Part shown: in pieces, positions 1 through 8,564 of the stretch | Numbering within the stretch: the stretch's first letter is position 1 | Layout of the letters: every line of letters begins with the position of its first letter | Source of the DNA: an uncultured Actinomycetes bacterium | Lineage (GTDB): Bacteria > Actinomycetota > UBA4738 > HRBIN12 | NCBI GenBank assembly: GCA_963704885.1 | Contig: CAVPIB010000001.1 | Span: 160,001 to 224,000 of the forward strand | DNA: 64,000 nt | Direction of reading: 5' to 3' | The notes under the pieces: generated by a model | The model's database searches: none | The model's input: only the letters and a program-made list of their open reading frames with translations | Told to the model about the DNA's origin: nothing | Translations under genes and position numbers: made by a program

Positions 1-340
1 GGCCTACGCTGGATCCTGGCTGGGCAACTCAGTTGTAGCCGAGTCGGCCGGCGGCCTCACCGTCTTCTCTGTCTCTAGTGGGGTCATCGCGGTGAAACGG
101 ATCCTCCAGTTCCCCGTGGGCGAGTATCCCTTTCCCCCACACGAACCGAGGTTCGTCGGCGACGAGGAAACGATCGTCCTTTGGCTGCCTGTTCCTGGTC
201 ACGGAGGCAAGGCCGAAGGTCGTGAGTACGTGTACGCACTCTGCGACGTCAGCAGCCTCGACTGCCAGGTGAGCGCAGAGCTCGGGGACAAGATCCTGAA
301 CGCTGCCTTCAACCCGAGTCGTCCGGGCGGCGCTGAATGA
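1..340 (+). CDS. hypothetical protein, 5'-truncated by window edge
   Basis: Frame of ORF 92..340 is open back to position 2; its stop overlaps the next start (ATGA 337-340). Confidence 0.55.
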   Translation, partial: AYAGSWLGNSVVAESAGGLTVFSVSSGVIAVKRILQFPVGEYPFPPHEPRFVGDEETIVLWLPVPGHGGKAEGREYVYALCDVSSLDCQVSAELGDKILNAAFNPSRPGGAE

Positions 341-996
341 GGCGGCAACTGCTCCGTCATCGTCAGCCGCGTTCCCTGCTGATCCTGGCTGGCGTGTTAC
401 TGGCCTCCTCTTTCCTCAACATCCCGCAGGCCATCGCCGCTCGACCCTGTGCGTACTTCGACTTCGACCGCGGCACGAACATCAACTCGACACTCACCTG
501 GAAGTACGTGAACACGTTCGGGCAATGCACTCTGTCCCATAGCTACCGAGCAGGATCAGGCGACACGACGGATCCTTGTCAGACCAATCACGGGTGGCTG
601 CCCACTGGCTGGTACGATCTCGCGCCCTCCTACCACCAAAACACCTATTCAGGGTCCGCGATCTGGGGTCGAGTCTGGCGGTTGCAGGACAAGGCATGTT
701 CCGCTGGGACGTTGCGGACTGAGCTCTTCATCCACTCTGAGCAGACATCGAGCAACGGTCAGGTCTGCACGAGCAGTCCAGACGATCCGCAATGCTGGGA
801 TGTCACGGCAGCTCCAGGTGGGAGTACTGCAAGTAACGACTACTACTCCAACGGGTGCATCAAGGTCCGCCGGCCAAGCCCCGAGACGAGCGGCATCGCG
901 GATGATGTATCCAGCATCCATTCAGATTGGCACAACCTCGGTGCCGGCAGCGGCCACGGCGTCGCCTACACGAGTGCGCTCTACGTCCACAACTAG
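337..996 (+). CDS. secreted Cys-rich L,D-transpeptidase-fold (YkuD/Tlde1-like) protein
   Basis: Signal peptide ending AIA-A; motifs RAGSG, GWLPTGWY, ELFIHSE ... YSNGCIKV (His...S-x-G-C catalytic pattern). Confidence 0.6.
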   Translation: MRRQLLRHRQPRSLLILAGVLLASSFLNIPQAIAARPCAYFDFDRGTNINSTLTWKYVNTFGQCTLSHSYRAGSGDTTDPCQTNHGWLPTGWYDLAPSYHQNTYSGSAIWGRVWRLQDKACSAGTLRTELFIHSEQTSSNGQVCTSSPDDPQCWDVTAAPGGSTASNDYYSNGCIKVRRPSPETSGIADDVSSIHSDWHNLGAGSGHGVAYTSALYVHN

Positions 997-1176
997 CACT
1001 TGACGCAGCCGCCCCAACGAGTCGGGTCATTCAGCTCCTGCGGTGCGATCTGCACCGTCGCTCGATAGCTGAGGGTAGGCGCCGATCTGAACTGTGGCGT
1101 GCGTGGATCTTCGCGTCTGGTGCTGTGCGCGAATGTGCAAGAGCTCGTTCGACCGACAGGTCATACGATGCCAACC

Positions 1177-2664
1177 ATGGCGCAGCCGGGAACACTCGAA
1201 CGCACTCGGGGCGCTCTTCGCAGTCCCGACTTCAGGAGACTGCTCTGGATACGGCTGCTCGGTCAGTTCGGCGACGGACTCTTCCAGGTGTCGCTGATCG
1301 CGTCGATCGTATTCTCTCCGGACGAGAGGAGCACCACGGCGGGCTTGTTCAAAGCCACCATGGTCGTGGCGCTTCCCTACTCGGTGATCGGTCCGTTCAC
1401 GGGCGTCTTCATCGACCGGTGGCGGCGCCGTAGGATCCTCACGATCGCGCCACTGATCAAGGCCGCTCTGGTCTGGCTGGTGCTGTTCGACGCGGTGCGG
1501 TTGCCGGTCCCGTTCTATGTCGGAGCCCTGCTCGTACTGTCCGTGAACCGGTTCCACCTGGCCACGGCGCAGGCGGTCGTCCCCAGACTGGTCCCCGCCC
1601 AGGACCTGCTGATGGCCAACTCGATCGCGACGGTGGGCGGCACCGTAGCCCTGCTCTCGGGGATATTCCTGGGCGGGAAGGTTGCCGACGCCTTCGGCTC
1701 GTTGGCGACCGTTGCCGGTGCAGGAGCGCTCTGGATGATCGTCTCGATCATCGGCTCGAGGATCGGCTCCGACCTGGCTCCGCACACCCTGCCCGAAGAT
1801 CCGGAGCTCCTCCACCACGAACTGAGGCGCGTGGCCTCGGAGTTCCGTGACGGCATCTCCCGCCTGTGGCACGCACCTCGCGCGGTGGGACCCATCACCT
1901 CGATAACGCTCGACCAGATCGGGCAGGGTGTGATGCTCACACTCTCGTTGGTGGTGTTCCGGGATCGGTTCGGAGGCGGCGTGGGCTCGTTCTCCAACCT
2001 GATCGGGGCAGGCGGCGTCGGCGTGTTCCTGGGGATACTCACGATCGGCCCGCTCGAGGACCGTTTCGCCAAGGAGCGGATCGTGTCCGGAGCCTTCCTG
2101 ATCGGAGGCGTGGCCGTGCTCGCCGTCTCGTTCGTTATCACCGCATGGAGCGTCCTGCTTGCAAGCTTCGCCGTGGGGCTAACGTTCGCCTGGAAGAAGA
2201 TCCCCATCGACACCATGGTCCAGGAGGCCCTGCCAGACGGGTTCCGAGGCCGCGTATTCGCCGCCTACGACGTCGCCTACAACATGGCGCGACTGATCGC
2301 CTCTGCGATCGCGATCCCGTTGCTTCCACTCTTGGGCGTGGGCGGCTCGCTCGCAGTGATCGGGATCGTGTTCCTGCTGTGGGCGCCCGTGCTTCCCAGA
2401 TGGATCGGCCGAACGCCGGCGCTCGTGATCCGCTTCCACGAGGGAGCCAAGGCTGAGGAGTGGCCGAGAGCTGTCGTCTGGGGCGGGGTAGAGGAGCCGG
2501 TCGACGTGGTGCGTTCCTGGCGGGAGGAACGTGACGGCGTGCGTCTGGCGCGCTTCCGACTGGCGCTGCAGGACGGCTCGCTCTTGGACGTGGTGAAGAC
2601 CGAGCCCGACGGCGACTGGAAGATCGACCGGGAGGCCGAGGACGGGGCGGCGGCGCACGCCTAG
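1177..2664 (+). CDS. MFS transporter with extra C-terminal soluble domain
   Basis: About 12 hydrophobic segments, GVFIDRWRRR motif-A-like loop; TACGAT -10 7 nt before ATG 1177; about 80-aa hydrophilic C-terminal domain. Confidence 0.8.
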   Translation: MAQPGTLERTRGALRSPDFRRLLWIRLLGQFGDGLFQVSLIASIVFSPDERSTTAGLFKATMVVALPYSVIGPFTGVFIDRWRRRRILTIAPLIKAALVWLVLFDAVRLPVPFYVGALLVLSVNRFHLATAQAVVPRLVPAQDLLMANSIATVGGTVALLSGIFLGGKVADAFGSLATVAGAGALWMIVSIIGSRIGSDLAPHTLPEDPELLHHELRRVASEFRDGISRLWHAPRAVGPITSITLDQIGQGVMLTLSLVVFRDRFGGGVGSFSNLIGAGGVGVFLGILTIGPLEDRFAKERIVSGAFLIGGVAVLAVSFVITAWSVLLASFAVGLTFAWKKIPIDTMVQEALPDGFRGRVFAAYDVAYNMARLIASAIAIPLLPLLGVGGSLAVIGIVFLLWAPVLPRWIGRTPALVIRFHEGAKAEEWPRAVVWGGVEEPVDVVRSWREERDGVRLARFRLALQDGSLLDVVKTEPDGDWKIDREAEDGAAAHA

Positions 2665-2688
2665 ACGCAAGATGGTTGACGCGCGAGC

Positions 2689-3972
2689 TTAGGTACTCAG
2701 CGGCGACACCAGCTCGGCCTCGGCGAACGCCTCGACCGGCCGGCCCTCTGTCATCCGCTGCCACCACAACGCACCGGCGCCGGCGAGGCACGCGGCGATA
2801 GCGCCCATCGCGAATCCCGCTCGGGCGCCCGATAGCTCGGCCAGCCATCCGACGATGATCGCGCCCACGGGGGTGCTTCCCAGGAAGACCATGCCGTATA
2901 GGGCCATCACCCGGCCTCTCATCTCAGACCGGGATGCCAGCTGCAGCATGGAGTTGCCGGTGATGATGAAGACCATGATCGTGAGGCCGAGCGGCACCAT
3001 GGACGCGTAGGCCGACAGGAGGGTGGGGGCTATGGCCGTGAGCGCCAAAGCGGCCCCCGATGCGAGCGCGAAGATCCCCAGACGTTGCAGGTTCGGAGCC
3101 TTGCCTCGTGCGCTTGCCCGGTTCGCCATGACGAGTGCGCCGACGAACGAGCCCAGCCCGGCGAGGGCGGACATGATCCCGAACGTCTCGGCGGTGCCGT
3201 CGAACGTCTGCTTGGCCAGCAGAGGTACCAGCACGGCGAAGTTGAACGACAGGGTGAAGACGATCGTCATCACCAGCAGCGGCCGGCGGAGCTCGGGGGA
3301 CTCCCACACGTAACGGAACCCCTCGCTGATGCCGGCACGATCTCCTGACGCACGCTCCTGCGGATGGAGGTCGCGGGTCCGCATGGCCAGCAACGCGCCG
3401 ATCACCGCGATGTAGGAGATCCCGTCCAGCAGGAAGCACAGGGCCGTTCCGCCCGCCGCGATCAGGATGCCCGCGAGCGCCGGACCCAGGATCCGCGTCC
3501 CCGTGAACACCGCGCCGTTCAGGCTGACCGCGTTCGTCAGGTCCTTCTCACCGACCAGCTCCATGAAGAAGCTCTGTCGCGTGGGGTTGTCGAGGGCCGT
3601 CACGATGCCGGCTCCCAACGAGAGCGTGTAGACCATCCAGAGCTGGACGACGTCGGTCTGCACCAGCGCGAACAGCGTGAGCGCGAGCACCGCGTACGCG
3701 ATCTGGGTGCCGACCAGGATCCTCCGTTTGTCGAACCGGTCGGCCATCAGGCCGCCGAAGGCCCCGACCAGCAGGATCGGCAGGAACGTGAGCGCCGTGT
3801 TCACGCCCAGGGCCACCCCGCTCTTCGTGATCGTGAGCACCAGCCAGGCCGAGGCCGTGGCGTTCACCCAGGTTCCGGTGACCGAAACGAGCTGTCCGAT
3901 GAAGTAGAGGCGGAAGTTCCTGTTACTCATCGAATGGAACGTGCGGTGCATGGCCAGGCCGACGCGGGTCAC
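2689..3972 (-). CDS. MFS transporter (MFS_3/DHA3-like)
   Basis: RNFRLYFIGQLVS, GGLMADRFDKRR, DNPTRQSF, MRGRVMALY motifs. Confidence 0.9.
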   Translation of the reverse strand: MTRVGLAMHRTFHSMSNRNFRLYFIGQLVSVTGTWVNATASAWLVLTITKSGVALGVNTALTFLPILLVGAFGGLMADRFDKRRILVGTQIAYAVLALTLFALVQTDVVQLWMVYTLSLGAGIVTALDNPTRQSFFMELVGEKDLTNAVSLNGAVFTGTRILGPALAGILIAAGGTALCFLLDGISYIAVIGALLAMRTRDLHPQERASGDRAGISEGFRYVWESPELRRPLLVMTIVFTLSFNFAVLVPLLAKQTFDGTAETFGIMSALAGLGSFVGALVMANRASARGKAPNLQRLGIFALASGAALALTAIAPTLLSAYASMVPLGLTIMVFIITGNSMLQLASRSEMRGRVMALYGMVFLGSTPVGAIIVGWLAELSGARAGFAMGAIAACLAGAGALWWQRMTEGRPVEAFAEAELVSPLST

Positions 3973-4412
3973 GACTTGACCTCCATCAGCCGCTCCAATA
4001 TGCCGACCGCGCGCGCGAGAGTGGCCTGGTCCTCGGCGGGAAGGCGCTTGATCCGCTTGGCCAGGAACTCATCCTTCCGTCGACGTGCCCGATGCAGCAC
4101 GCGTCGCCCATTCGCCGATAGCTGGAGCCAGACGAGCCGCCCGTCGAGCGGATCGGACGTGCGCACGACGAGGTCCTTGGCCGCCAGTACACCTATCAGG
4201 CGTGTCGCTGTGGGTTTGCGCACCTGTTCGTGAGCCGCCAGGTCGCTGGCCGTCAATGGGCCGTGCCGTTCCACGGTGGCGATCGCCGACAGGAGCGTGG
4301 GTGTGACGCTCACGTCGGCTTCTCGGCGGAGCCTGCGCGCCAGCCGGGTCACGCCGATACGCAGCCGTGAGGCGAGCTCGGCCAGGTCGACGGTGGGCGG
4401 CGCGGTGGGCAT
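3969..4412 (-). CDS. MarR family transcriptional regulator
   Basis: wHTH with DPLDGR motif; start ATG 4412 preceded by TATCAT -10; stop overlaps the MFS start. Confidence 0.9.
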   Translation of the reverse strand: MPTAPPTVDLAELASRLRIGVTRLARRLRREADVSVTPTLLSAIATVERHGPLTASDLAAHEQVRKPTATRLIGVLAAKDLVVRTSDPLDGRLVWLQLSANGRRVLHRARRRKDEFLAKRIKRLPAEDQATLARAVGILERLMEVKS

Positions 4413-4417
4413 ACCTC

Positions 4418-4446
4418 GATGATAGTTCACTAGGCTAACTATCGTC
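4418..4446. promoter_or_regulatory. inverted repeat GATGATAGTT-N9-AACTATCGTC, probable MarR operator over the marR -10
   Basis: AT-rich palindrome (9/10 match) overlapping TATCAT 6 nt upstream of the marR ATG. Confidence 0.65.
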
Positions 4447-4509
4447 ACGGAGCCCTCTTCGACACGGATGGCGGCCTGCCCTCAGCTAGAGGACTAAGGT
4501 GGGAGCGAG

Positions 4510-5124
4510 ATGTCGCACGCCGCCCATCCGCCCCCCGGCCGGAGGCGCCCCCTGATGATCGCGGGCGTGATCGGAGCCGCGCTGCTGGCCCTCACGGCAG
4601 GGATGTTGCTCGCCAACCCCGGCGGCGGGGGCGAGGGCTCGCCGAGCGCCGCGGCCACGTCGAACGGCTCGGGCGCCCCTTCGCCCGCCCCCGCAGAGAC
4701 GCCCTCGCCCACCCAGACCCCCTCGCCACCACCACCGGCTCTGCCCGATGGCCGCCATTTCGTGTACGTGAAGAAGCTCAGTGGCACACCCCCGACGGCG
4801 ACCATGAAGTTCGATCTGGCGGAGTTCCTCACCGGGGAGGAGGCCGCTCAGGCCGCGGCCGAGCATGGCGACGAGTCGCCACCTCCGAACGACTACTACA
4901 TCGTGAACGACAACCCGAAGTTGAGGACCATGCCCCTCGCGCCCGGTGTGACCATCAGGGCGATCGACTGGACGAACTGCTGCGAGTTGACCGACGTGCC
5001 CTACACGGATTGGGCCGCCTCGCTCAAGACGCCGACCGATGCTCTGCACGGGACGGCGACCCAGTACTGGATCGAGGTGGCCGACGGCGTGATCGTGGCG
5101 ATCGAGGAACAGTACCTTCCCTGA
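4510..5124 (+). CDS. secreted/membrane-anchored hypothetical protein with Pro/Ser/Thr linker
   Basis: N-terminal TM, PSPT repeats, C-terminal globular domain (PPNDYYIVN ... IEEQYLP). Confidence 0.75.
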   Translation: MSHAAHPPPGRRRPLMIAGVIGAALLALTAGMLLANPGGGGEGSPSAAATSNGSGAPSPAPAETPSPTQTPSPPPPALPDGRHFVYVKKLSGTPPTATMKFDLAEFLTGEEAAQAAAEHGDESPPPNDYYIVNDNPKLRTMPLAPGVTIRAIDWTNCCELTDVPYTDWAASLKTPTDALHGTATQYWIEVADGVIVAIEEQYLP

Positions 5125-5167
5125 GCGGGTCGTAGGTACCCGGCCAGGTCGGGCGTAGGGTCGTTCC

Positions 5168-5374
5168 GTGGATCACTCCACCCATGAGCCGGGAACCGTG
5201 GCGGACTGTCCCGAGTGCCGAACGATCTCTTACGAGCCTGCCTGGTACAAGGCGCTGCGCGAAGAGCGCCTATCGGGTCAACGTCCCGTCGTGATCCCTG
5301 ACCTGCCGGCACGGCCCGACCTGGAGGTCGTGCTGCCAGATCTCGAACACCTCGGTCTGGACGACGAGGAGTAG
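5168..5374 (+). CDS. small hypothetical protein with CxxC
   Basis: DCPEC, GC3-rich codons, TAGGGT 6 nt before GTG. Confidence 0.55.
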   Translation: MDHSTHEPGTVADCPECRTISYEPAWYKALREERLSGQRPVVIPDLPARPDLEVVLPDLEHLGLDDEE

Positions 5375-5428
5375 GCCGACGATCTGCCTTCGCCTGAACA
5401 TCCGTGCACGACGCGCCTAGGCCGTCGT

Positions 5429-5995
5429 CTAGATGAACAGCGAGACGGACGCTTCCTTCATCTCGAGGAGAGCGGTGGCGGCGCCGATCGGCTCCTCGAG
5501 CCCGTCGATCAGATCGTCGGCGGTGAGACCCATCAGATCCATGGTCATCTGACAAGGGATGAGCCGCACGCCGAGATCGCGCGCGGTCTCCAGCAGCTCC
5601 ACCGGTTGCGGTGTGCCGTAGTCCTTCGCGAGCTTCTTCATCATGGCGTCGCCCGCACCGGCGAAATGCAGCTTGGAGAGCTTGGCTTTGGCCGGGTTGC
5701 CGGGGTTCATGATCGACAGACCCTTCTGCATCCAGTTGTCCCCGGTGACGCGCACGCCGTCCTTCACGAGCGCGAAGAGCCCCCAGAACGTGAAGAAGAC
5801 GCTGACCTCCATCCCGCTCGCGGCGGCCGTGGTCGACAGGATCAGCGTCGGCCAGATGCGATCGAGGTCGCCGCCCCAGGCGATGATCGTCAGCTTGTTC
5901 TTCTGTTCGATGCGCTTGCCTTGGGCTTGTTCCAGCGCCTCCAGGCGTGCGTACAGATCCGCCAGTTCCAGCTCGGTCGCGGTCGTCGCGCCCAT
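5429..5995 (-). CDS. DsrE/DsrF/DrsH-like (DrsE_2) sulfur-relay protein
   Basis: FFTFWGL and PCQMTMDLMG motifs; start at ATG 5995, directly after tusA. Confidence 0.85.
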   Translation of the reverse strand: MGATTATELELADLYARLEALEQAQGKRIEQKNKLTIIAWGGDLDRIWPTLILSTTAAASGMEVSVFFTFWGLFALVKDGVRVTGDNWMQKGLSIMNPGNPAKAKLSKLHFAGAGDAMMKKLAKDYGTPQPVELLETARDLGVRLIPCQMTMDLMGLTADDLIDGLEEPIGAATALLEMKEASVSLFI

Positions 5996-5997
5996 GT

Positions 5998-6231
5998 TCA
6001 GGCTTTCCTGACCACGTACCGAAACGTCCCGTCGTCGAGGGTCTCGGCCTCCAGCAGCTCGTTGCCGCTGATCGTGGACCAGCTGGGGACGTCGGAGCGC
6101 GAACCGGGGTCGGTGGCGAGCAACTCGAGCAGGTCGCCGTGCTCGGCGTCTTTCAGCGCCTTGGCCAGCGTGACTAGCGGTCCAGGGCACGACTGGCCTT
6201 TGGCGTCGACGGTGCGGGTTATGACATCCAT
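5998..6231 (-). CDS. tusA: TusA/SirA family sulfurtransferase
   Basis: VDAKGQSCPGP and ATDPGSRSDVPSW; GGAGG SD upstream. Confidence 0.9.
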   Translation of the reverse strand: MDVITRTVDAKGQSCPGPLVTLAKALKDAEHGDLLELLATDPGSRSDVPSWSTISGNELLEAETLDDGTFRYVVRKA

Positions 6232-6438
6232 CAGGAGGAACCTCCAGGAGGGTCGAGTGAGGGGTAGTGCGGGCGGCGCGCGGGTGCGAGGCCGTCCCTA
6301 TCGGCGGGGACAGCAGATGCGGTCGGGGATCATGGCCGCCACGGTGCCGAGTTCGCGTGTGCAGATCATTTGCAGGTGCAACAGCCTACCGGGACTCGCC
6401 GTATCGGACAAGCCCGAAAGGGATAAAGGGCTCTGACG

Positions 6439-7299
6439 CTATCCGGAGGGCAGAGCGGGGGTCGAAAGACAGCCGCTCGAGCTCCCCAGCACCCGAAGTC
6501 CCTCCAGATCTCCCGGACCGAGGTCGGTCACGCCGCCGCCCGAGGGTTCCATCAGCTCGCCCTGCGCCTTGAAGTGGCCCAGACCCAACACGTGCGCCAG
6601 CTCGTGCAGAACGACCGGCCCCTGCGATCCCGGCGACGCGAAGCCCGGGGGATTCGGATCCGCCGCATTGATCGCCACGACTCCGCTCACGTAGATGTTC
6701 TCTCCTGAGTTGGGGGCGAGCGGCCCCGCCACACCGGCCGCTTCCTGCCCGTCCACCACGAACTTGATGCTGCTGGTCCGAGGATCGACCCACCCGATCA
6801 GCACCGGCGCCCAGCGATCGCCGTAGCGCTCCGGTTGATACACATCACGATCGAGTGTGGGCGACTCGTCGCTCAAACCCTCGTAGACGAACGCGATCCC
6901 GGTGGCATCGGTCAGCCGCAGTGCGGCGTCCTGAACGTCCCGCAAGGAGCCGGCCGGCGCCGCCCCCAGGTTGACCACGTAGTGGATCGCCTCACACGGG
7001 TTCCAGCGGACCGGATCGCCGGCGTGGGACGCCATGAAGGTGAACTCCTTGCTCTTGCCGCGCGCCTCCCATGCCCGCAGCGCCGGAGCGATCGCCGTCC
7101 CCAGCAGGATGACGCTCGCGAGCACGAGGGAGACCACTCCCGCGACCCGCGAACGAGTGGGCGAACGGAAGAAGTCCCGCCCCAGCGCGTGATCGGGAAC
7201 ATCCGGGAACGTGTCGACCAGATCAGGACGGACGGGGGGTGGCAGCGGTTGCCGTACGTCGGACGGGGGGTGCTGCATCTCCTTAAGGTCGGCTCGCAT
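6439..7299 (-). CDS. matrixin (M10-like) metalloprotease, membrane-anchored
   Basis: HELAHVLGLGH zinc motif plus Met-turn ELM; RWNPCEAI; one TM. Confidence 0.85.
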   Translation of the reverse strand: MRADLKEMQHPPSDVRQPLPPPVRPDLVDTFPDVPDHALGRDFFRSPTRSRVAGVVSLVLASVILLGTAIAPALRAWEARGKSKEFTFMASHAGDPVRWNPCEAIHYVVNLGAAPAGSLRDVQDAALRLTDATGIAFVYEGLSDESPTLDRDVYQPERYGDRWAPVLIGWVDPRTSSIKFVVDGQEAAGVAGPLAPNSGENIYVSGVVAINAADPNPPGFASPGSQGPVVLHELAHVLGLGHFKAQGELMEPSGGGVTDLGPGDLEGLRVLGSSSGCLSTPALPSG

Positions 7300-7349
7300 C
7301 GGCCCGAACCTTATCCGGCAGGTCGGTGGGTGGGAGATAGGCTACGTCG

Positions 7350-7775
7350 CTACACGCGGTGGCGGCGCTCCTTCGGCCAGTAGACGATGACGATCTTGAC
7401 CTTCAGCTCATCCCTCCGCACCGGCCCGAACTGCCTGCTGTCGGTCGAAGCCTCGGCGAAGTCCCCCTCGACCCACCACTCGTCCGCACCGAGCAGGCGG
7501 TCCCCAGGATGATCGCCGGGGGCTGCGGTGATCCGCTTGACCATCTCGTAGCCGGGCCGCCCGGGGTGCTCAACCACCACCACGTCACCGACGCTGGGGT
7601 GGCGGAGCGGGACGGCGATCGCCCAGTCACCCGGCGCCAGGGTCGGAGCCATGCTCCCGCCCTCGATCGCGACACGCGACGGACGCCACCGTACGCACAC
7701 CCATACGACGCCCAGTGCGAAAACGAGGCCAGCGCCCCAGAACAGTTTCCTACCCCGGTGGTAGGTTTCGCCCAT
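7350..7775 (-). CDS. sodX: nickel-type SOD maturation protease (S26); start uncertain
   Basis: GGSMAPTL, MVKR, EGD...STDSRQFG; divergent from sodN. Confidence 0.8.
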   Translation of the reverse strand: MGETYHRGRKLFWGAGLVFALGVVWVCVRWRPSRVAIEGGSMAPTLAPGDWAIAVPLRHPSVGDVVVVEHPGRPGYEMVKRITAAPGDHPGDRLLGADEWWVEGDFAEASTDSRQFGPVRRDELKVKIVIVYWPKERRHRV

Positions 7776-7797
7776 CGGCTCATCCGAAGGAGGTGGC

Positions 7798-8196
7798 ATG
7801 TCCATGCTGGAAGCTTTGCTGAAGCCGGCCCGTACCGTCCACGCCCACTGCGATCTTCCGTGCGGCGTCTACGATCCGGCCCAGGCGCGCATCGAGGCAG
7901 AATCGGTGAAGGCCTGCCAGGAGAAGTTCGCGGGCTCCGACGACCCGGTTTTCCGTGAGCGCGCGATCGCGATCAAGGAAGAGCGCGCCACGATGGTCAA
8001 GGAGCACCTGTGGGTGCTGTGGACCGACTACTTCAAGCCCGAGCACCTCGAGCGCTTCCCTGATCTGCACGACAAGTTCTGGAACGCCACCAAGCTCGCC
8101 GGCGCCTCTAAGAAGAGCGAGGACCCGGCGCAGGGCCAGGAGCTCCTGAACGCGATCGACGAGATCTCGAAGATCTTCTGGGAGACGAAGTCCTAA
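7798..8196 (+). CDS. sodN: nickel superoxide dismutase precursor
   Basis: Ni-hook HCDLPCGVYDPA after a leader ending VHA; VKEHLWVLWTDYFK; GGAGGT SD. Confidence 0.97.
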   Translation: MSMLEALLKPARTVHAHCDLPCGVYDPAQARIEAESVKACQEKFAGSDDPVFRERAIAIKEERATMVKEHLWVLWTDYFKPEHLERFPDLHDKFWNATKLAGASKKSEDPAQGQELLNAIDEISKIFWETKS

Positions 8197-8219
8197 GCGC
8201 GACGGGTCGTTGAACCACC

Positions 8220-8249
8220 GAGGCCGGGGCTCAAGCCCCGGCCTCTTCC
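8220..8249 (+). terminator. intrinsic terminator-like hairpin after sodN
   Basis: GAGGCCGGGGC-TCAA-GCCCCGGCCTC perfect 11-bp stem followed by TTCC. Confidence 0.75.
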
Positions 8250-8564
8250 GTTGCCGGATGGTGGAGGAACGGCGGACGGGCGGGGCCGTCGGATCCCTAC
8301 CCGTCCGCACGATCAGCCAGACCGCTATGAACCAGACCTATAGGCCCAGACCGCCAGGCCGATGAAAGAGGACCCGGCGGGGCGGGGTGGGTCTGGCGGC
8401 ACCCCGCCACCGCCAAGTCTCGCTATAGGAATCGGCGATATGACCGACCCCGCCGCAGTGACCGAACGGCCCCAGTTTCCCGGCCAAAGGGCGGATACGG
8501 GTCGCGTGGTCCGGGGACACCGGTCGGTCCGTCCGACGGCATCCGGCTGTTACGCTCGCGCCTC

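Noticed and set aside
8257-8266. CTCCACCA on the minus strand as a tmRNA/tRNA 3' end
   Set aside because: No T-arm (TTCRA) upstream and no matching 5' acceptor strand
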